Of a stretch of 64,000 nt of DNA, positions 60,225 through 64,000 are shown piece after piece (the first letter of the stretch is position 1; the number at the start of each line of letters is the position of its first letter). A program made the position numbers and the translations under genes. Source of the stretch: Polyangiaceae bacterium (lineage in GTDB: Bacteria; Myxococcota_A; Polyangia; Polyangiales; Polyangiaceae); assembly GCA_965222375.1 (NCBI GenBank), contig CBDCTZ010000015.1:1440001-1504000 (forward strand), given 5' to 3'. Below the pieces are notes generated by a model. The model did not search any database. It was not told where the DNA came from and saw only the letters and a list, made by a program, of their open reading frames with translations.

Positions 60225-60744
60225 AACCTATGTCCCTGAGCGCCATCCGGGCCTCGGCTTGCGTGGGTCAACCGCGCCACGAGACGCGGCAGCCAGTCGT
60301 AGCGCTGCAGATGAAGCACGCGTGGCTTCACTTCCGCATCCCTCGTGAGAGAAATCGCCGTGGTCGGCGACATCTACGCATCCCTCAGCGTCCACGCGCT
60401 TGAGAAGAGGTTCACCAACAGCTAACTGTCCTTTGCTGCGTTTGGTTCGCGGAGCTGGTCGTGGTGGCTGATCCAACTGTGCTTGGCTTGTTGGGGGGAC
60501 TGTTCGTATTTGTGGCTCCCAACTACGGCGCGCTGCCGATTGGAGCGAAGGCTGCACCCACAACGCCCCTACGGCACCGACCGAAACGGTTCGGGTGCCC
60601 CATCGCCGTTGCGGTGCCGCGACAGCGTCTGCCGCCGTGTCCGCACTATGGCGCCATCTGTGGTGGCGGGGCCGCCTCCAACGATGTCGCGTTCCGACTG
60701 GAATTGACCTCCTCGTTCCGAACCCGACCTTCCGCCGATAGTCG

Positions 60745-61185
60745 CTAACGTCGAGAGCGAAAATCCGGACTGTCGCCCATGACCAACTTGCAGTGACCTT
60801 TTATGCACAGGTAGGCATGCTCGGCGCAGGGCTCGGCCGCGGGACACTCGTACGGTTGCTGAGGACAGCTATCCTTCAAGCGGCGGCGCGCCTCCGGCAC
60901 TGCCGCCTTGTTGATCACGTTTGCCGAGCAGGGCTCGGGGCAACACGACGGCGCAGGCACGCAGTTGCCGTCAGCGGTGCAGCTCGTTTCGAGCGGCGCG
61001 GGAGCCTTTTGCGTCTTGCCCGGAGCGGTCGCTGCCGCCTTCGAGGTGGGCGTTCCGCCCTTTGCGCTCGACTCCGGTGCGCCGCCCCCGTCGCCGCCGC
61101 GGGGGCAGCCCACCAAAGCGATACCAATAGTGATCACGAGCCCGACGCGCCAAAGTCGCATAGCCGCGAACATACCTTCGCCCAC
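60745..61185 (-). CDS. Small Cys-rich lipoprotein
   Basis: LVGC lipobox; CTADGNC..CC..C...CIKGHC. Confidence 0.7.
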   Translation of the reverse strand: MGEGMFAAMRLWRVGLVITIGIALVGCPRGGDGGGAPESSAKGGTPTSKAAATAPGKTQKAPAPLETSCTADGNCVPAPSCCPEPCSANVINKAAVPEARRRLKDSCPQQPYECPAAEPCAEHAYLCIKGHCKLVMGDSPDFRSRR

Positions 61186-61318
61186 GCCTCCGGCCCAGCC
61201 GGAAAGCCCCGGCGCTCGTTCTTCGCTGCCCTTGAATCCTCGGCGCCGTCACAGACCCGGGAGAGCTTGGACCGCCGCTAGCTCTAGCATCGACCCAGCG
61301 ATGCGGTATCCTGCAGCC

Positions 61319-62035
61319 ATGCGAAACTTGTTGGCGGTCTCTTTCATCGCGAGCTTGGTAGTCCTGACCACCGCCTGTTCCAGCGACAGCAACGACGGCG
61401 GCAACGGGGGGGCCGGCGCCACGGCGGGTTCGGGGGCCACCGCAGGAAGTGGTGGCAGTTCGGGAAGCGGTGGGAGCGCTGGCTCCGGCGCGACAGGCGG
61501 GAGCGGCGGTGCGAGCGGCAGCGGCGGTGCGAGCGGCAGCGGGGGCAGCCCTTCCGGCGGGAAATGCGAAAAGGTCTGTCAACGGATGGAGAGCGCGAAG
61601 TGCCCCAAACAAGACGAGCTCAAGACTTGCATCAAAGAGTGCGAGAGCAACGCCATTTCCAAGTGCATCAAGGAATTCGAATCCCTAGGCGATTGCATCC
61701 TCGGGGCCCCAACACTGAGCTGCAATGCTGATGGCGACGTGGATATCCTTGGCATTTGCAGCAAGGAGTCCGGCGCGTGGACGGCATGCAGCGCCTGCGA
61801 GCCCGTCGGTACCGACGATGCTTGCGATGCCTGTTCGAAAAAATCGTGCTGCTCGGAGCGAACCGCCCTTTTCACGGATCCGAACATCATCCCCTTCATC
61901 CAATGCCTGCAGAAATGCAGTAACGCCACCTGCGCTTCTGCATGTCAGAGCAACCATCCAAAAGTAGCCGCATCTTTCACCGCGCTCAGCTCCTGCGAAG
62001 GTAGCAAGTGCACTTCCGACTGCACCAATAATTAG
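61319..62035 (+). CDS. Gly-linker Cys-rich lipoprotein
   Basis: TTAC lipobox; CxxxC helical repeats. Confidence 0.8.
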   Translation: MRNLLAVSFIASLVVLTTACSSDSNDGGNGGAGATAGSGATAGSGGSSGSGGSAGSGATGGSGGASGSGGASGSGGSPSGGKCEKVCQRMESAKCPKQDELKTCIKECESNAISKCIKEFESLGDCILGAPTLSCNADGDVDILGICSKESGAWTACSACEPVGTDDACDACSKKSCCSERTALFTDPNIIPFIQCLQKCSNATCASACQSNHPKVAASFTALSSCEGSKCTSDCTNN

Positions 62036-62312
62036 CCGATAACTCAAGCAACCAGCGTCGCTCTTGCGCTCCGCTCATTCGATAGCTCTGCCGCGGGACG
62101 TTCGCAGTACGGAGTTGGCTGCAAAGTGACCATCGCTAACCCGATGGACGGGACAGACACATCCGCCCCACCCGGGACTGACCCATTGGCAGACGCCGCG
62201 AAGGAGGAGAAGCCTGCGGCCGAAGCGCGACCTGTGCCGGGCGGGAGCAGAGCGTCCCGCGAGCGGCGCTCCAATCTGCCATCCGAGTCATGGAAACGTA
62301 AAGCCTTCGGCA

Positions 62313-62595
62313 TCTATCCATATCTCGTGTTGGTGAACCGCACGTAGTCAGCAGTCGTGTCGCCGTCTGTCGTTTTGGTGAACTCGAGACGGAACTGCGC
62401 GCTAGCCTCCTTGTTGCTGGTCACTTGGTTCGTCGTCAAGAGCACGTTGACGTTCTTTGTTGTGCCGGCGCTACTCACAACCTCGTAGAGTGAGAAGGGC
62501 GCCGTAAAAGCCGCGGCGTTGATGGTCGAGTACTTGATGGTGTGCAGCCTAGGTGAGCCGAGGTTCGCAGCGCCGAACAGCGTCCAAATCAGCCG
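62313..62595 (-). pseudogene. C-terminal fragment of an unknown protein
   Basis: Open frame without start codon: RLIWTLFGAANLGSP...QFRLEFTKTTDGDTTADYVRF. Confidence 0.4.
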
Positions 62596-62613
62596 TCATT
62601 CCACCCTGAATGA

Positions 62614-63157
62614 ACCAAACTTGTTTCGAGGACGACCACTACCGCGGCAACGAGGGCCAACGCCGGCAACCACCGGACCATCCGTCAGCCGAACCTCGGA
62701 GGCACCAAGGCGCTGCTCTGGGACGCGATTGGTGTTGGAGGCGCGGCCGGGCGTCTGCGCGTCTACGCCGACACGACGTCCATCTGGTTCACCATCAACG
62801 TCTCGTGGGACGGGACGCAGTGGGTGCGTGACTCGACGAGCTGGTTCTCCGGGGGCTTCCGCTTTTCGCGTTCGGAGATCGAGTTCCTCCACGAGAACTC
62901 CTTCGACCCGACCTTCAGCAGTTGGACGCGGACGTGGACGCTGCCCATGTCGTCGACCACCAACTCGGCCTTCGAGACCAGCGGCACGATCCAGGAGATT
63001 GGGCGCGCGGGCATGGAGGGCACCAACACCTACAACGCCACGCGCACCATGGCGCTCGGCGGCTGTACCAACTTCCGAAGTCGATTCCCCGCCACGCCCT
63101 CGTCGATCACGCTCAACGTGACGAACGCGAGTAGCGGGTGGGTTGGCACGGCTGCCC
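62614..63157 (+). pseudogene. Internal fragment of a Trp/Thr/Ser-rich protein, possibly phage structural
   Basis: Open frame from 62614 with no upstream start codon: KALLWDAIG...[13 protein letters not shown]...[10 protein letters not shown]; strong GC3 bias; collides with a minus-strand fragment. Confidence 0.5.
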
Positions 63158-63448
63158 CGGTCCGCGACGCCAGGAAACCACGCGGACGATCTCGCTGCCG
63201 CTGCCACGGTTCAGTAGAAAAGCGATCACCTCTCCGAAATCGCCGAGCCGAGATCCCCCCATGCCGCGAGCCTTCGGACGGTACAGTCCTCCCACATACC
63301 TGGTGGCGTCGGCTGCGAGCCCCTCGGCTTCCAGTTCGAGTTCGTCCGCGATGAGATCGACCGCAGCGTCATCGAGATCGATGCTAGTAGTCGCGCCCGA
63401 GCCTGCAAAGGCTCCGAGCCAAGGGCTCTGGTTCGCCGCCTCGATCAC
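63113..63448 (-). pseudogene. 3'-truncated PD-(D/E)XK nuclease-like gene (HamA/DUF1837-like)
   Basis: [13 protein letters not shown] motif; protein-like sequence stops before any catalytic D..ExK. Confidence 0.4.
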
Positions 63449-63621
63449 GCCGAAAAGCGATGTTTGGACTCTCTTGACCTGGAAAGTAGGGACGGCGTTC
63501 CCTCCCTACCATCGCATGATTCGTGACCCCAGCCGGCGATGGGCCCCGTTCATGCGGCGTGGCACTACCAATAGTGTCGACGCCAACTCAACGGACATCC
63601 CTCGGATTCTTGCGAACGAGT

Positions 63622-64000
63622 TCATGGTCGCCCCGGTGTCTCCAGTTCGGTGCCGACGCGCAGCTTGTCGAGGTAGCGCTGGTACACCCATGAGCGGTCG
63701 CGCTTCTTGCCGGTGGTCTCGGCGAGGACGCCGGCCTTTTCGAGTGCCTCGACGGCGCGCCCGGCGGTGGGCTTGCTGACGCCGAGTTGCTTGATGGCGA
63801 AGGCCACCGACACGACGGGATGCCGTGGCAGCAGCTCGAATAGGCGCACTGCGGCGACTGAGGTGCCCGCGTGATCGAGGGCGCGTGATCGATCGTCGGT
63901 GACCAACGTGAAGAGCTCGCGCGCGGAGGTGACCGCCTCGTGGGCGATGGTCGCGACACCGTCCAAGAAGAAGTCGGTCCACCCTTCCCAGTCGCCGCTC
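63622..64000 (-). CDS. Fic/DOC family protein, C-terminal part (runs off the window)
   Basis: GDWEGWTDFFLDGV followed by wHTH ...LEKAGVLAETTGKKRDRSWVY..YL. Confidence 0.85.
   Translation of the reverse strand, partial: SGDWEGWTDFFLDGVATIAHEAVTSARELFTLVTDDRSRALDHAGTSVAAVRLFELLPRHPVVSVAFAIKQLGVSKPTAGRAVEALEKAGVLAETTGKKRDRSWVYQRYLDKLRVGTELETPGRP

Overview
This is a GC-rich bacterial window, most likely from Myxococcota (Polyangiaceae-like). The signs are a MYXO-CTERM tail, an AgmX/PglI-type C-terminal domain, an FHA-sigma54 activator, several Hanks kinases and many Gly/Cys-rich lipoproteins. The left half carries a dispersed alpha-glucan utilisation set (two GH13, a LamB-like porin, a GH15). 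It is interrupted by a signalling module: two Ser/Thr kinases, an FHA-sigma54 activator, a TPR protein and two paralogous Somatomedin-B lipoproteins, each behind its own -24/-12 promoter. A second sigma54 module has collapsed by deletion. Three beta-helix polysaccharide-lyase-like genes and a kinase-STAND-TPR gene are also present. At 38-42 kb a chorismate mutase gene is flanked by near-identical copies of its own 5' and 3' ends, together with two paralogous zinc-ribbon/poly-His membrane proteins. A DUF222/HNH gene follows, then a minus-strand run (MMPL transporter, unknown helical protein, AblB-like GNAT, HEAT protein, HpnA-like epimerase, peptidase). The right end has a 3x37-bp tandem repeat, small lipoproteins and a mosaic of truncated genes next to a partial Fic gene. 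No rRNA, tRNA or CRISPR array was recognised. All product calls come from reading motifs by eye, not from database searches.
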